Of a stretch of 64,000 bases of DNA, positions 12,781-26,049 are shown piece after piece. The notes under the pieces are model-generated. The model was not told where the DNA came from. It made no database searches and was given only the letters and a program-made list of their open reading frames with translations. Every line of letters starts with the position of its first letter. Positions within the stretch are counted from its first letter, which is position 1. A program made the position numbers and the translations under genes. This DNA comes from Haliotis rufescens. Its lineage: Eukaryota. The stretch spans positions 11,098,001 to 11,162,000 of the forward strand of contig NW_025964112.1 of NCBI RefSeq assembly GCF_023055435.1, read 5' to 3'.

Positions 12781-13357
12781 ACTATGTAGGACGTAACTTA
12801 CATATTGTTTGTAAAATAGGACATCGGCATGGAGACTATATTTTATTACATGCATTGCGGTCTGTGTTATTGTGAAATAAAAGAAATCGTGGTAGGCGTC
12901 GTTGGTGTCATTATCATCATTAGCTGCTTCATCATCATCATCATCATCATCTTCATCAGTATAATTATCAACGACGAAGACGTTGTGTTCATATTTAATA
13001 GCGTTGTAAAGGGGAGGAGAGAGAGTAGATTTGCATATTACGCAATATAACGCAATTTTGATCGCCCCCCATGTCCCCATCCTCGTATAAATTTGTATTA
13101 TAAAATACCTAGAATGTTTCACGACGGGTGCTATCTGTCCTTGGTTTCATCACTGACATTTAGTTTGGGCCTTAGTTTACATTATTAACTTTAACAGAGA
13201 TAAATAACCCTTTGTCGTGTTTAGTATCACGTTGGCCGTCAACGTCAAATCTAGCCTTGATGAAGCCTTGATGAAGCCTTGATTTAGCAGGTACCTCAGT
13301 CGACAAGTATGATGACATAGGAAAGAAAAAGAGAATAAGAGAAGCATCGAGACTCAC

Positions 13358-13498
13358 CTGGACTAAGAGAATGAGAGGAAGCCATTGGTAGTACTTGAGT
13401 TCCCCCTTTAGACGCTCCTTCTCCTCCACGGGGAGGGGATGGGTCAGAGGGGCGTCGTAGGTGTTCTTCACCCAGCAGGCGTTGTGAATATAGTCCGC
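13358..13498 (-). CDS. inx: Innexin A, internal exon (EL1 second Cys, YYQW, TM2)
   Basis: tttttcag|GCG...CAG|gtgagt, 141 nt, phase 0/0: ADYIHNACWVKNTYDAPLTHPLPVEEKERLKGELKYYQWLPLILLVQ. Confidence 0.95.
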
Positions 13499-13523
13499 CT
13501 GAAAAAGTAAATGTTATACTTCA

Positions 13524-13624
13524 GAGGTGAGTTAAAATGGGATTTAACGTCGCGTCCAAGCTTATTGCACTTATATAGCGACTTGCACGTGCGTGTGTGT
13601 GTGTGTGTGTGTGCGTGCGTGCGC

Positions 13625-13670
<46 letters not shown>

Positions 13671-13890
13671 TTGTAATGTTCGGACTTCTGTCGGTTTTAT
13701 AATACTAGCCCTATGAGATGCCATGCCGCAGGGACACCCCACTCAGACACGGTAAAGTGAGTCCTGGCGTTGTTTTAACACCTTACCGTCGGTACCAGGT
13801 AGGGTAGCAACAAGTACCATCTTATAGTGTCGTTTTGTATGACGCGGCTGGGGATCAAAACACAGACCTTCTGTTCTATTTTCACTTGAC
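13524..13890 (-). mobile_element. SINE family D, degenerate copy with internal (gcac/ac)n microsatellite
   Basis: Similar to 12408-12780 and 51866-52168. Confidence 0.7.
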
Positions 13891-13949
13891 CACAGAAGCG
13901 ATTCTAACATTTTTAGATGTCTGGGGTGATCAAATACATACACAACCGT

Positions 13950-16005
13950 ATAAACTGACGCCCTCTGATGACGTATACCCGTAAAAATTCACACCCTCTC
14001 GGATGGCGTATACCGTACACACTGACCCCCTCTGATGACGTATACCCGTAGACACTGACCCCCCTCCGATGGCGTGAACCCGTTCACACTGACCCCCTCT
14101 GATGGCGTATACCCGTAGACACTGACCCCCTCCGATGACGTATACCCGTACACACTGACCCCCTCTGATGGCGTATACCCGTACACACTGACCCCCTTCC
14201 GATGGCGTGAACCCGTTCACACTGACCCCCTCTGATGGCGTATACCCGTTCACACTGACCCCCTCTGATGACGTATACCAGTACACGATGACCCCCTCTG
14301 ATGACGTAAACCCGTAGACACTGACCCCCTCCGATGACGTATACCCGTTCACACTGACCCCCTCTGATGACGTATACCCGTTCACACTGACCCCCTCTGA
14401 TGACGTATACCCGTTCACACTGACCCCCTCTGATGATGTATACCCGTTCACACTGACCCCCCTCTGATGACGTATACCCGTTCACACTGAGCCCCTCTGA
14501 TGACGTATACCCGTTCACACTGACACCCTCTGATGACGTATACCCGTTCACACTGACCCCCTCTGATGGCGTATACCCATAGACACTGACCCCCTTCCGA
14601 TGACGTATACCCGTTCACACTGACCCCCCTCTGATGACGTATACCCGTTCACACTGACCCCCTCTGATGACGTATACCCGTTCACACTGACCCCCTCTGA
14701 TGACGTATACGCGTTCACACTGACCACCTCTGATGGCGTATACCGTACACCCTGACCCCCTCTGATAGCGTATACCGTACACCCTGACCCCCTCTGATGA
14801 CGTATACCGTACACCCTGACCACCTCTGATGGCGTATACCGTACACGATGACCCCCTCTGATGACGTATACCGTACACCCTGAGCCCCTCTGATGGCGTA
14901 TACGCGTTCACACTGACCCCCTCTGATGGCGTATACCGTACACCCTGACCCCCTCTGATAGCGTATACCGTACACCCTGACCACCTCTGATGACGTATAC
15001 GCGTTCACACTGACCCCCTCTGATGGCGTATACCGTTCACACTGACCCCCTCTGATGACGTATACCCGTTCACACTGACACCCTCTGATGACGTATACCC
15101 GTTCACACTGACCCCCTCTGATGGCGTATACCCATAGACACTGACCCCCTTCCGATGACGTATACCCGTTCACACTGACCCCCCTCTGATGACGTATACC
15201 CGTTCACACTGACCCCCTCTGATGACGTATACCCGTTCACACTGACCCCCTCTGATGACGTATACGCGTTCACACTGACCACCTCTGATGGCGTATACCG
15301 TACACCCTGACCCCCTCTGATAGCGTATACCGTACACCCTGACCACCTCTGATGGCGTATACCGTACACGATGACCCCCTCTGATGACGTATACCGTACA
15401 CCCTGAGCCCCTCTGATGACGTATACGCGTTCACACTGACCCCCTCTGATGGCGTATACCGTACACCCTGACCCCCTCTGATAGCGTATACCGTACACCC
15501 TGACCACCTCTGATGACGTATACGCGTTCACACTGACCCCCTCTGATGGCGTATACCGTACACCCTGACCCCCTCTGATGACGTATACGCGTTCACACTG
15601 ACCCCCTCTGATGACGTATACCCGTTCACACTGACCCCCTCTGATGGCGTATACCGTACACCCTGACCCCGTCTGATGACGTATACGCGTTCACACTGAC
15701 CCCCTCTGATGGCGTATACCGTACACCCTGACCCCCTCTGATGACGTATACCCGTTCACACTGACCCCCTCTGATGACGTATACCCGTTCACACTGACAA
15801 CCTCTGATGGCGTATACCGTACACCCTGACCCCCTCTAATGGCGTATACCGTACACCCTGACCCCCTCTGATGGCCTTTACCCGTTCACACTGACCCCCT
15901 CTGATGGCGTATACCCGTTCACACTGACCCCCTCTGATGGCGTATACCCGTTCACACTGACCCCCTCTGATGGCGTATACCCGTTCACACTGACCCCCTC
16001 TGGTG
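13950..16005. repeat. 32-34-bp minisatellite (tatacccgttcacactgaccccctctgatgacg) in innexin A intron
   Basis: 33-bp spacing (14341, 14374), with 32-bp variant blocks; ~60 units. Confidence 0.95.
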
Positions 16006-16037
16006 ACCTAAGGCCAGTGACCACATTACCCACGTAC

Positions 16038-16233
16038 ATGGTCGGTATCCTTGGAGATCCAGCACTTGATGGGGCTGCCGGCGAACTGAGTTGTTGTGAT
16101 GACGAGACAGAAGAATGTGAGGAGGAATGTCGTCCAGTTGTGGTTGAGGCGGTCGGAGAAACCGTCGTCACAGGGAACGCCGACCCCCACGAGGTCTGAG
16201 GCCGAGCCGAATAATGATCCGAGCACACTAAGC
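16038..16233 (-). CDS. inx: Innexin A, N-terminal/TM1 exon
   Basis: ttaccag|G CTT AGT...CAT|gtacgt: LSVLGSLFGSASDLVGVGVPCDDGFSDRLNHNWTTFLLTFFCLVITTTQFAGSPIKCWISKDTDH (DDxxDRLNH and GxPIxCW innexin motifs); needs 2 nt from an upstream exon. Confidence 0.93.
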
Positions 16234-16702
16234 CTGGTAAACCATCAATAAAAAACAAGGAAATAAAACACATTGTTCTTCACTTTCAAAAGATATCTAC
16301 ACATCCCTCAATATTATTATAAGTTTCCTAATACCCATAAATTGACATGACTATTTTCCCAAAACAGCACAAAACACTTGCGAATTTTTATTGTAGATTA
16401 AGCTCTCTTGAAATGAATGAGTTCTAACATGCAAACAATTGGTAAAGAACTATGTTTTAAATTGTTCTATGCATATTTATCTTATTTTAAAAATATATTT
16501 TATTCCAGTACCACCGTGGGTTGTTTTGAGTATATAAATGAATGAATAAATGTTACTCAAGTATATACGTATTTGTATTCATCATCTTTTTCATTAATAC
16601 ATAGCTATGAAACATGTAGTTTGAAGTTACTTATTCGAGCATGGCGGATGATATTCGAATGCCCGGATGTTCCAGGTGTCCCGCTGTCTCCGATGTAAAT
16701 TA

Positions 16703-17442
16703 TAGGGATGTCACGATAAAACTATCTCCCGATACGGCGCGCATCATGATCCTTGTTCACGATACGAATGGGAGGCGATAATTTATTAGCGGTAATTGTG
16801 CGTGATTCTTTTTATACCACAGGAAAAAAACACACTTTTAAAACGGCTTGAACTTCCTGAATATCTGGTCTCATATTTGTAGATATATAGGTCTCATTCC
16901 AATCAATTTTATTCAAATTTCAGAGAAAACTGTAGTGTCAAAACCAGTTCGAAAAGACTAGAACAGAATGTAAGTTCTATAACTATGTACATTGTACAAT
17001 GTAAAAAAAGCATAAATTAATAATGATAAAATTGTTTATTAAAATGTGGGTTGAACCCATTTTGCATTGAAGTTTTTAATGTCCCATGGGTGAGTGAGTG
17101 AGTTTGGTTTAACGCCGATGTTAACAGTATTCCAGTTATATCACGGCGTGTCAGCTTAATGTGGGAGGTAAGTGATGCAGGTCTCAGACGTTTACCACTT
17201 CTGTGAAACCCACGAGCGCGGGTATGGTTCTGACAAACCTAGAAACATAATTAGGGCGAACCGGGATTCGAACCCACAATCATAGGTTTGTGGCATGTCC
17301 AATGGACGCAACTTCACAGCGAATCGCGGCGCCTTAGACGACTGGGCCAGCCTTGCCCGTGGTTAAATATGAATACAGGTAAAGGCGTATCGCGTGTCAT
17401 CTCTGAATATTTTCGATGGATTGGTGAATCTCGACATCCCTA
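16703..17442. mobile_element. hAT-like MITE with nested SINE
   Basis: TIR tagggatgtc / gacatcccta; degenerate 8-bp TSD gtaaatta / gtgaataa. Confidence 0.65.
17089..17360 (-). mobile_element. SINE family B (tRNA-Leu/Ser-like head)
   Basis: Reverse complement of the family B consensus, full length. Confidence 0.88.
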
Positions 17443-18479
17443 GTGAATAACTATCTTGTAATTCCAAAATGTCTAAATGTTTGAAACGAATTCTAGAAAA
17501 TATAGCACTGGTAATTCGTGTTTTCCCTTGATATTTCTAATATTAGTGGTTTTCTGAGAAGGGAACGATACGCACATGGCGCACCACCCACTACATTTAA
17601 AGTAGGCTAACTATCAATACATTGGAGCTGTTATAAGCGATCGGGAATATTGCTTAACTCAGCGTAAAACCTATACACCCACACACTCCATCGAAAATGA
17701 AATGCAAATAAACAGAAATTCTTTGAAAAATTTCATTTTGTTCAGATCACTTGTTTTAATAACAATGGAATGGAAATCACCCTGTCTGGAAATGATTCCG
17801 AGATTTTATGAGAAACTAAACGGTTTACGTGCATACTGTCATCACGTTCCTGCAGATACATATCAGGTTCTGACAACGCGGATGCAACACAAGGGACATA
17901 ACTCCTTAAACGCCCGCGTTATAAATACCAGTCGAGCTTTCTCCCAACAACAACATCGATGATCACTGCTCGAGCGTTTCTACAGGGAAATTTCCTAAGT
18001 CTGACGGAAATGTACGAGCCGTGCTGACTGTCATGTGACCTGGTTATTTGAGTCGGCTATTGCAACAGACCCGGACGCTGCTCTTGGACCCCGGAAATCC
18101 CCGTTGGACTTGGGAGTGTTATCAGTGACAGTCAACATGACTAAGAACAATGCAACTTTCACACAGTGCGATGCAATAACAACTTCATTCTTTGATAAAA
18201 TGGATTTTGGGTCCACACGTTATTGAAACTTGCACGTATACATTTGTTAATTTGGTCACGTGACACAATTCCAGCACGAAGGCACGTTTGTTGTTTTAAA
18301 AGTAATTGTTTCATTTTTGTATCAAAATGAACATATACATTTGTCAAAATAAGATGGAATAACTTCTGCGTGGTCTCTTTCAGTAATGTTTTGGTGTTTG
18401 TTCTAACCTTATAAAAGTGTAAACATTGTTGTCTCCGAAAATAAACAACATGCCTTTTTAGTGTAGTGGTTAAATCCAT

Positions 18480-18845
18480 TTATTGCAAACCCAGTTATAC
18501 CTTTTGTGCAATGTTTAAGCAAAGACTTATAGATAATCATATACAAGAATGTAATTGTACTATATCTAAATCATCAAATCTGTCTCTTTATTGTAATATC
18601 AAAGCTGTTTTGGGTTGCGAAATATACTTAGATATTTTACCTTAAGAAGATATCTTACTTTGAAAATCTGCTCACAAGTTAAAATAGAAACTGGCCGTTA
18701 TATCAATATAAATAGAAATTGTAGATATTGTGATTTTTGTAAACAATCTAACATTGATGTTATCGGGGATGAGTATCATTTCTTATTTAAATGTCCAAAG
18801 TTAAACAATTATAGAGTTAAATATATTACTGCATATTACTTTTAA
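18480..18845 (+). mobile_element. LINE ORF2 C-terminal zinc-knuckle fragment
   Basis: KIETGRY..RNCRYCDFC...IGDEYHFLFKC: the CCHC motif typical of non-LTR retrotransposon ORF2; disrupted upstream. Confidence 0.75.
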
Positions 18846-19084
18846 AACTAAGTAAAGATTAAATGAAAAAGATTCAATATCCCGAAAGGCTGCTAGCCCG
18901 TGGACAGTTATATTTGACGCGGACCAGTAATCATTTTGTGTCCTCTGTCCTATCTGCCGAGTACTAGTATTATATTCTAATTACTAATTGTATTAACAGC
19001 AGATTGAAACCAACATTTACGTTTTACTGAAACAATGTCATACATGTTCTATACTTTCCTCATAACTACCCGGTACACATGCCT

Positions 19085-20292
19085 GCGTTCTTTGCTACTA
19101 GTACGAGATGATTCATGTGTTCTTTGCTACAAGTACGAGATAGTTCATGTGTTCTTTGCTACTAGTACGAGATAGTTCATGTGTTCTTTGCTACTAGTAC
19201 GAGATAGGTCATGTGTTCTTTGCTACTAGTACGAGATAGTTCATGTGTTCTTTGCTACTAGTACGAGATAGTTCATGTGTTCTTTGCTACTAGTTCGAGT
19301 GCCTGTATTCTTTACTACTAGTTGAGGATAGTGCCTGTATTCTTAACTACTAGTTGAGGATAGTGCTTGTGTTCTTTGCTACTAGTACAGGATAGTGCTT
19401 GTGTCCCTTGCTGCTAGTTGAGGATAGTGCCTGTATTCTTTACTACTAGTTGGGAATAGTGTTTCTGTTCTTTGCTATTAGTTGAGGATAGTGTTTGTGT
19501 TCTTTGCTACTAGTACAGGATAGTGCTTTTGTTCTTTACTACTAGTTGAGAATAGTGTCTGTGTTCTTTGCTACTACTTGAGGATAGTGCTTGTGTCCCT
19601 TGCTACTAGTTGAGGATAGTGCCTGTATTCTTTACTACTAGTTGGGAATAGTGTTTCTGTTCTTTGCTACTAGTTGGGGATAGTGCTTGTGTTCTTTGCT
19701 AGTAGTTAAGGATAGTGCTTGTGTTCTTTGCTATTAGTTTATTAGTTGAGGATAGTGCCTGTTTTCTTTGCTACTAGTTGAGGATAGTGCATATATTCTT
19801 TACTACTCGTTGAGGATAGTGTTTCTGTTCTTAGCTACTAGTTGAGAATAGTGCCTGTATTCTTTACTACTAGTTGAGGATAGTGTTTCCGTTCTTAGCT
19901 ACTAGTTGAGGATAGAGCCTCTATTCTTTACTACTAGTTGAGGATAGTGCCTGTATTCTTTACTAGTTGAGGATAGTGCATATATTCTTTACTACTCGTT
20001 GAGGATAGTGTTTCTGTTCTTTGCTACTAGTTTAGGATAGTGCTTGTGTTCTTTGCTACTATTTCAGGATAGAGCTCATGTTCGTAGCTACTGGTTGAGG
20101 ATAGTGCCTGTGTTCTTTGCTTCTAGTTGAGGATAGTGCTTGTGTTCTTTGTTACTTGTACAGGGTAGTGTATGTGTTCTTTGCTACTATTTCAGGATAG
20201 TGTTTCTGTTCTTTGCTACTAGTTGAGGGTAGTGCTTGTGTTATTTGCTACTTGTTGAGGATAGTGCTTTTGTTCTTTGCGACCAGTACAGG
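19085..20292. repeat. 32-bp minisatellite (gtgttctttgctactagttgaggatagtgctt)
   Basis: 32-bp spacing (19141, 19173); ~37 diverged units. Confidence 0.93.
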
Positions 20293-21338
20293 AAAGTTGT
20301 CTGGTAAGGGCTGCTCGTCAGTTGGACCAGTTTAATTTAAAAGTTTTTCAAGTTTGGAATACCTACATAAAAAGTTGAAAATGCCAAGCATATTCTTACT
20401 CTTGATTATATTGTCACAATCACAACGTCTGAAATTGCCCCTCAGTGAACTTTGAAACAATAACAACCATACACTAGGTGTTTCAAGCAATGGGCATTTC
20501 CACATTTAATCTCTCTTCACGAGATAGAGAAATGGATTTTCAATGAAAATTACAGTGACCATCTCGTTACAAAAGAAAACAAGAAAAATTCGTCATGTAC
20601 TATATTCGTTTTGACACTTCATATTAAATAATGCTAAGGTCTATTTCGTTTACGTAAAATAGTTGTATAGTCAGATTGCTCGTTGTTATGATATCAATGG
20701 GCAGATATGTTATGCATCATACATATCTTATGCATTATCTATTTTTTGGTGATTGGTGTCACATCCTAAATTGATGACCAGAAGAAAATTCATGGCATTG
20801 TCAGTCTATCAGGACAGCACAGATCAAGGCAAGATTTGTGTACAAACACTTTTAACTCTTAAATACCCCGGCTCTATCATACCTTCACACCCGTTTCTAT
20901 TTTACAGAAATTCGTGGAAAAACCTGATGAAATGCCCATGCATATGAAATTCATCGTACCTCCTTTAACAGTACATTTCATTTTCATTATTATCATTAGA
21001 GTTATTAATGCTAATTGTGGAGTGAGTGAATATTGAATAGCATCATATTTTGCAATATTATTATTCATCCATATCATGATAACATCTGCAGCTAAACATG
21101 GTTTGCAATGGAAACAATAATAGCCTCAAACTTTCTTTCTTTTGTTACGGACAATAGAATAGTTCATATAATTCATGAAAGATACAAGGATATTTATCGA
21201 AAATGTTATACGCTCGTATGTTTCCCCAAAAGTAATTTTCATATAATTTTACTTTTGGGTATGTTGAAAGTAAAGGAGGCATCCCAAGAAGCACCTAAAC
21301 TGAAAGAAAGTCTTTATCCGTGTTTGATGATGGATAAG

Positions 21339-21406
21339 TGAGTGAGTGAGTGAGTATGGTTTTACGCCGCTTTTAGCAATATTCCAGCAATATCACGGCG
21401 GGGGAC
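21339..21406 (-). mobile_element. SINE family A, 5'-truncated
   Basis: Family A 3' tail with 13-bp TSD gatgatggataag. Confidence 0.85.
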
Positions 21407-22059
21407 GATGATGGATAAGAATGAAACAAACAAAGAATGGTTATAGAATGATTATGCATTTGATACGGGTAGCATAGTTTAAGACTTCAAGTATTCAGTG
21501 TTGTCAGCCTCGTATGATAAGGTTTGCAATTGTTTGGTCAAATCCAATTTTCAAGTGAATACTTTCTTTTGCCCTGTAGTTTATGACGAAGCAGTGAGGA
21601 TCACATACGTGGTAACCAGTGTTTGGTTATTTGTAAACCTTTATAAAATATTGATATTCTCATATTTGTTTTTCTTCATGTACTCAAAGGCGAAAGAAAT
21701 TATGATAATGTTTTTATGTTTCATATTGTCATAAAAAGAAGCAAATAACTCCACACTTTCCCGTTGTCTTCCAAGATTAACAGTGTACTGTAGTTTCAGT
21801 AGACTGAAGAAGGAAACAAAGGGTTATAATTATTTTAATAGAAACAAACAACAATTTCAAAAATATAATTCTTGCAATTTCTTCTTGCAATATTAATATC
21901 ATTGGTTATCAATTTTACATTTATATCATCACAGTTACTTTTGTTTTTGAAGATAGAAATATTTAACGCCAACGTCAGAGAATAACAAGCCCCGGTCAAG
22001 TAAATTGCTATATAATAATATTATACAATGCACCTTCTTATACTTTCATTGATTTTAAA

Positions 22060-22300
22060 GACCCGTGAAGATCCGAGTTAGAGTAGATCTTCAGCAACCC
22101 ATGCTTGTCGTAAGAGGCGACTAACGGGATCGGGTGGTCAGGTTCGCTGACTTGGTTGATGCATGTCATTGTATCCCAGTTATGTGGATAGATGCTCATT
22201 ATATCAATCACTGGATTGTCTGGTCCAGTCTCGATTATTTACAGACCGCACATACAGCTGGAATGTTGCTGAGTGCGGCGTTAAACAACAAACAAACAAA
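22060..22300 (+). mobile_element. Short retroelement family C (no tRNA head, (aaac)n tail)
   Basis: gacccgtgaagatcc...cccatgcttgtcgtaagaggcgactaacgggatc...gctggaatgttgctgagtgcggcgttaaacaac; >=5 copies in window. Confidence 0.88.
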
Positions 22301-22379
22301 TTTATTCTAATTACAGTTTCAATTGAAACCCAGCACTGAATAAATAAACATTGAAAACGTCGAATAACACGCTTTATAT

Positions 22380-22745
22380 TTCCTCACTGCTTCAATGGAG
22401 ATCTATTTAACTGGAAGTCAAGGAGATGATCGACATTACATCGAGTTATCGGCTGTTCGACATAGCGTTTAAGACCATATCACCGCCAGTGTTCTGCCGG
22501 GACCTAAATCCTCTCTTCAATCGACATATCCACTTAAATGAGTTCGAATATACTAGATTTCCACATTCATGTGCACAACATGCATTTCATACAGACCCTC
22601 AAACCAAGAAAATATATCCGAAAACTCTCAAGCAAGTCTACAATTCTTTGCCAAGTCTAGATTTCTTCAGTTTCAGTTTCAGAAATTGAAGAAACACTCT
22701 GGGCTCCTTGTTACTATATTTAAACGACACATGAATAAAAGAAAA
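22380..22745 (+). mobile_element. Degenerate LINE 3' end
   Basis: ...YPKTLKQVYNSLPS resembles the FPRTIxxWNxLP ORF2 terminus; followed by aataaa. Confidence 0.45.
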
Positions 22746-23320
22746 TATTTATATTAATGATAGTCTAGTGTACAAATTTACCAAAGACTACACAAATCCA
22801 TAATGGCATTTCTAAAGGAAGCGAATGTGGTTATTAGCCTAACAGAGATGTAATAATTATTCCATTTTGTCTGTGATTTTCTGGTGTTTTGTAAAACAAA
22901 TTTCACAAATGTGGAATTAAATATTAGTCCACAGGGCTCCTAATTATGAGCACACCGTTGCCGTTCTATATGTCTACTTAAGCAAATTATTTACCAAATG
23001 CTGTTCTCACATTGCTGACTTCAGAAAGTTTGTTTTCAAATACACTGAGGACAATATCCGTGTCTAACTTCGTGCTAACACTTTATCGTCTTCCTATGTG
23101 TGTGTGTAGGGGGGGGGGGGGGGGGGGGGGAATTGTAAACTAATTTTTTAAATTAACGAGACTATGTATACGGTATGTATTGTGATGTAAGATCAATTAG
23201 TTAGCTAGTCGTCAAAACACGATTCAGATTAACGAATCATAAAGCGGATAAAGTTGGAAAATAACGAGAAATCATATATTTCTGCTAGACATGCGTAAAG
23301 AAGATTTAAAGTTAACTTAC

Positions 23321-23358
23321 ATATCACCAGACTTTCTCTTATTTTGACTGACTGTCAA
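23321..23358 (-). other. Candidate upstream exon of innexin A ending in AT (split start codon)
   Basis: Minus: ctttcag|ttgacag...tggtgatAT|gtaagt; AT plus the G at 16233 gives ATG in frame (MLSVLG...). It lies 7 kb from the next exon and the motif also occurs by chance. Confidence 0.45.
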
Positions 23359-24409
23359 CTGAAAGCCAGTGGCTACGTGTTCCGTTATAAGCGGAAATTA
23401 TGGCGAAATAGCGGGGAGTGGCGATAATACGGACCTTGTAATAGGCTACGTCATCAATCCTATGTTGATATTCTTCACACTTTTATTTATTTATTCTTAT
23501 CCAAATAACTTTTATTCTGAATATTGATTTGCCACAAGTGCAGTGGGGCGTCAAAACCGCCCGACATGCCATTGTTGTGTGTGAGATTAGACTAGGCTCT
23601 TTTCTTATAGATACATGATGTTATTGCGCTTTTCTGGTTGCGCATTTTATCAAGGAAACTAGTTTGTAATGCGACGCTGTGACATTTGGTGCTGTGAGTG
23701 ATGCAAGGGAGGTAACTCTTGGTCGTCAAAATCAACGCGACAGTCCAAGTTGATATCTAATTGGTTCGCCTGGTTAAAATAACTACAAACTTTAATATAT
23801 TTCATGGTTTTCATGTCTTATTTTAATGTCACGCGTTGACAATGAAATGGATTGGATCCCAAGGAAATTAGTAAAAAATTATATGACTCATAATATTTTT
23901 ATGTCTGCAATTGTCCGGTGATTTGTCATTGAAAATTGTGGGTGGATTAAAACATGAGACTTGGGGTATGGGTGGGATAAGTTTTGGGATGGGATAGAGT
24001 TTCAATGAATCATAATAGTTGACAGGGGTTTGAAAATACCCAATTGAGTGAGGGCTTGAGGTTGGTCGATTGTTTTTGCGGACGATTGTTCCAAAAACGT
24101 TGGATCGTTTTTTCGACAGGGCTTAAAACAGGGCTTGTTGTTTTTGTTAATGTGATTGCTTTAAAATATTTTTTTTTGTAATCGTATAAAATGATATTGG
24201 TTGGTAGAAAAAATAAATAAATGAAAAACAATGTTTGTTGCATGAAAATTCATACGACAGAACAGGCTTTGCGGGGGACAAAGATTGATATTTAATTCCA
24301 CAATGTGTGAAACACCAGATTATCATGGACAAAACGGAATATTTACTTCGCTGTTAAGTCGATAACAAATCTCTCCATAATCACATTCAATCAACCGTAT
24401 ATTCATGAA

Positions 24410-24740
24410 GGTGGGGTGATATGGGGTTTAACGTCGCGTTCAAGATAATTGCACTTACATAGCGTGTGTGGTGAGGTGAAATGGGGATTAACGTTGCGTC
24501 CAAGATTATTGCACTTATATAGCGACGTGCATGCACGTGTTGTGTTTGTGTGGCTGCTTGTACTAGTCCGGACTGATGCCGATGTATAGTGCCAGCACAC
24601 TGAGATACCATTCCGCAGCTTATACCGAACTCAGACACAGTATACTGCATCCGAGCCGACCAGTCCTTGTTTTAGCCCCTTAATGCCGAGCGCCAGGCAG
24701 GGTAACAGCAAGTACCATCTTTTAACGGCGTTTGGTATGA
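24410..24740 (-). mobile_element. SINE family D, 5'-truncated with duplicated tail
   Basis: cataccaaacgccgttaaaaagatggtacttgctgttaccctgcctggcgctcggcattaaggg on minus. Confidence 0.8.
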
Positions 24741-24837
24741 TGAGCATAGATCTGTTAACGTTTCATTCGGAAAATGCCGTACATATCTGAAAAAAATACT
24801 GGGATCTAACCCCTGACATTCCTCCCGCTCTCCAGGC

Positions 24838-25000
24838 NNNNNNNNNNNNNNNNNNNNNNNNNNNNNNNNNNNNNNNNNNNNNNNNNNNNNNNNNNNNNNN
24901 NNNNNNNNNNNNNNNNNNNNNNNNNNNNNNNNNNNNNNNNNNNNNNNNNNNNNNNNNNNNNNNNNNNNNNNNNNNNNNNNNNNNNNNNNNNNNNNNNNNN
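24838..25000. other. Assembly gap
   Basis: N run. Confidence 1.
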
Positions 25001-26049
25001 TTTAGCGCAAATAATGCAACACAAGCCCCGCCCATTCTATAATCAGCCAATCAGGAAACAGTAGTACGTTAGGGGTCGCGGCCAAGCTCGTTTAGCCAAT
25101 CAAATGACACGGAAGCAATCGCATTTATTGCATTTCATCATAAACATTTACTGATGTAAATGCGTATGATAAATACTGATGACACTGATGTGTTGGTATG
25201 ACTACATTTACCGGTTTCTCCAGATACTGCAGGCAGATAGTTGTTGATTTCTGTTGTTGGCTTTAACAGATAAACATACAATCATATTTCTTTCATACCT
25301 GTGGTTGAGAAACCCATTTGAGATAACTGGTATCAAACATATGTGTGAGATTGAATTAAAGGTCAAATTATGATGGACTACTTTCCTGATTGTAATTCAT
25401 CGATACGCCTCAGTCGAAATCACCTACGCCTGTGTCGAAATTTTATGGTTTTAGAGTGTTAATAATGTTCTTTGGTGTTTCCCTGCTTCCACTATTACCA
25501 CCGCCTTGATAATCTAATGATATGGCGGAACTATTTTTATTGTGGAGGGTCACAGAAGGTATGGGTGGTAAGCGGTAGGCCGGATGAAGTCACAAATGAC
25601 CGTTGCGTTATGTATTAATGCGCCAGTGTGGTCATGAGAATAGACACAATACGAATGGATTAGATGCTCAAATTTTACGATATTAGGGTGTCTAAGACAC
25701 AGATTACTCTACTCGTTAGATATGTATTGAAACAACTCGTTGTTCGATACTTGGTATCTGACAGACATGCGTTGTTATGTCTATTTTTAACAATTACTAT
25801 CTCATATTGGACACGTGATGCCTGCCCTTGAACATCGCTGTTATCAATTTCATGGTCGTTATTCATATCGTTAAGAATACACAACAGTCGCTACACCCAG
25901 GGAATGTCCAGGACACCAACGATTCACTGCAACTAGCAACGACAGAGTCTCTGAGGGGTACCACGTGCAGTAAGAGTGTCCTATGCAATCAGTCAATCTC
26001 TAAAAGCACTGAGCTTCCATGCAGCCGGAGAGTCAAAACCAAGTTAGTC

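Noticed and set aside
13950-16005. Hammerhead ribozyme in the 33-bp repeat (contains CTGATGA)
   Set aside because: No GAAA core strand or stem II in the unit
16630-16645. gccATG on minus as the innexin A start
   Set aside because: It reads ATG CTC GAA TAA, with a stop before the possible donor, and is not in phase with the 16233 exon
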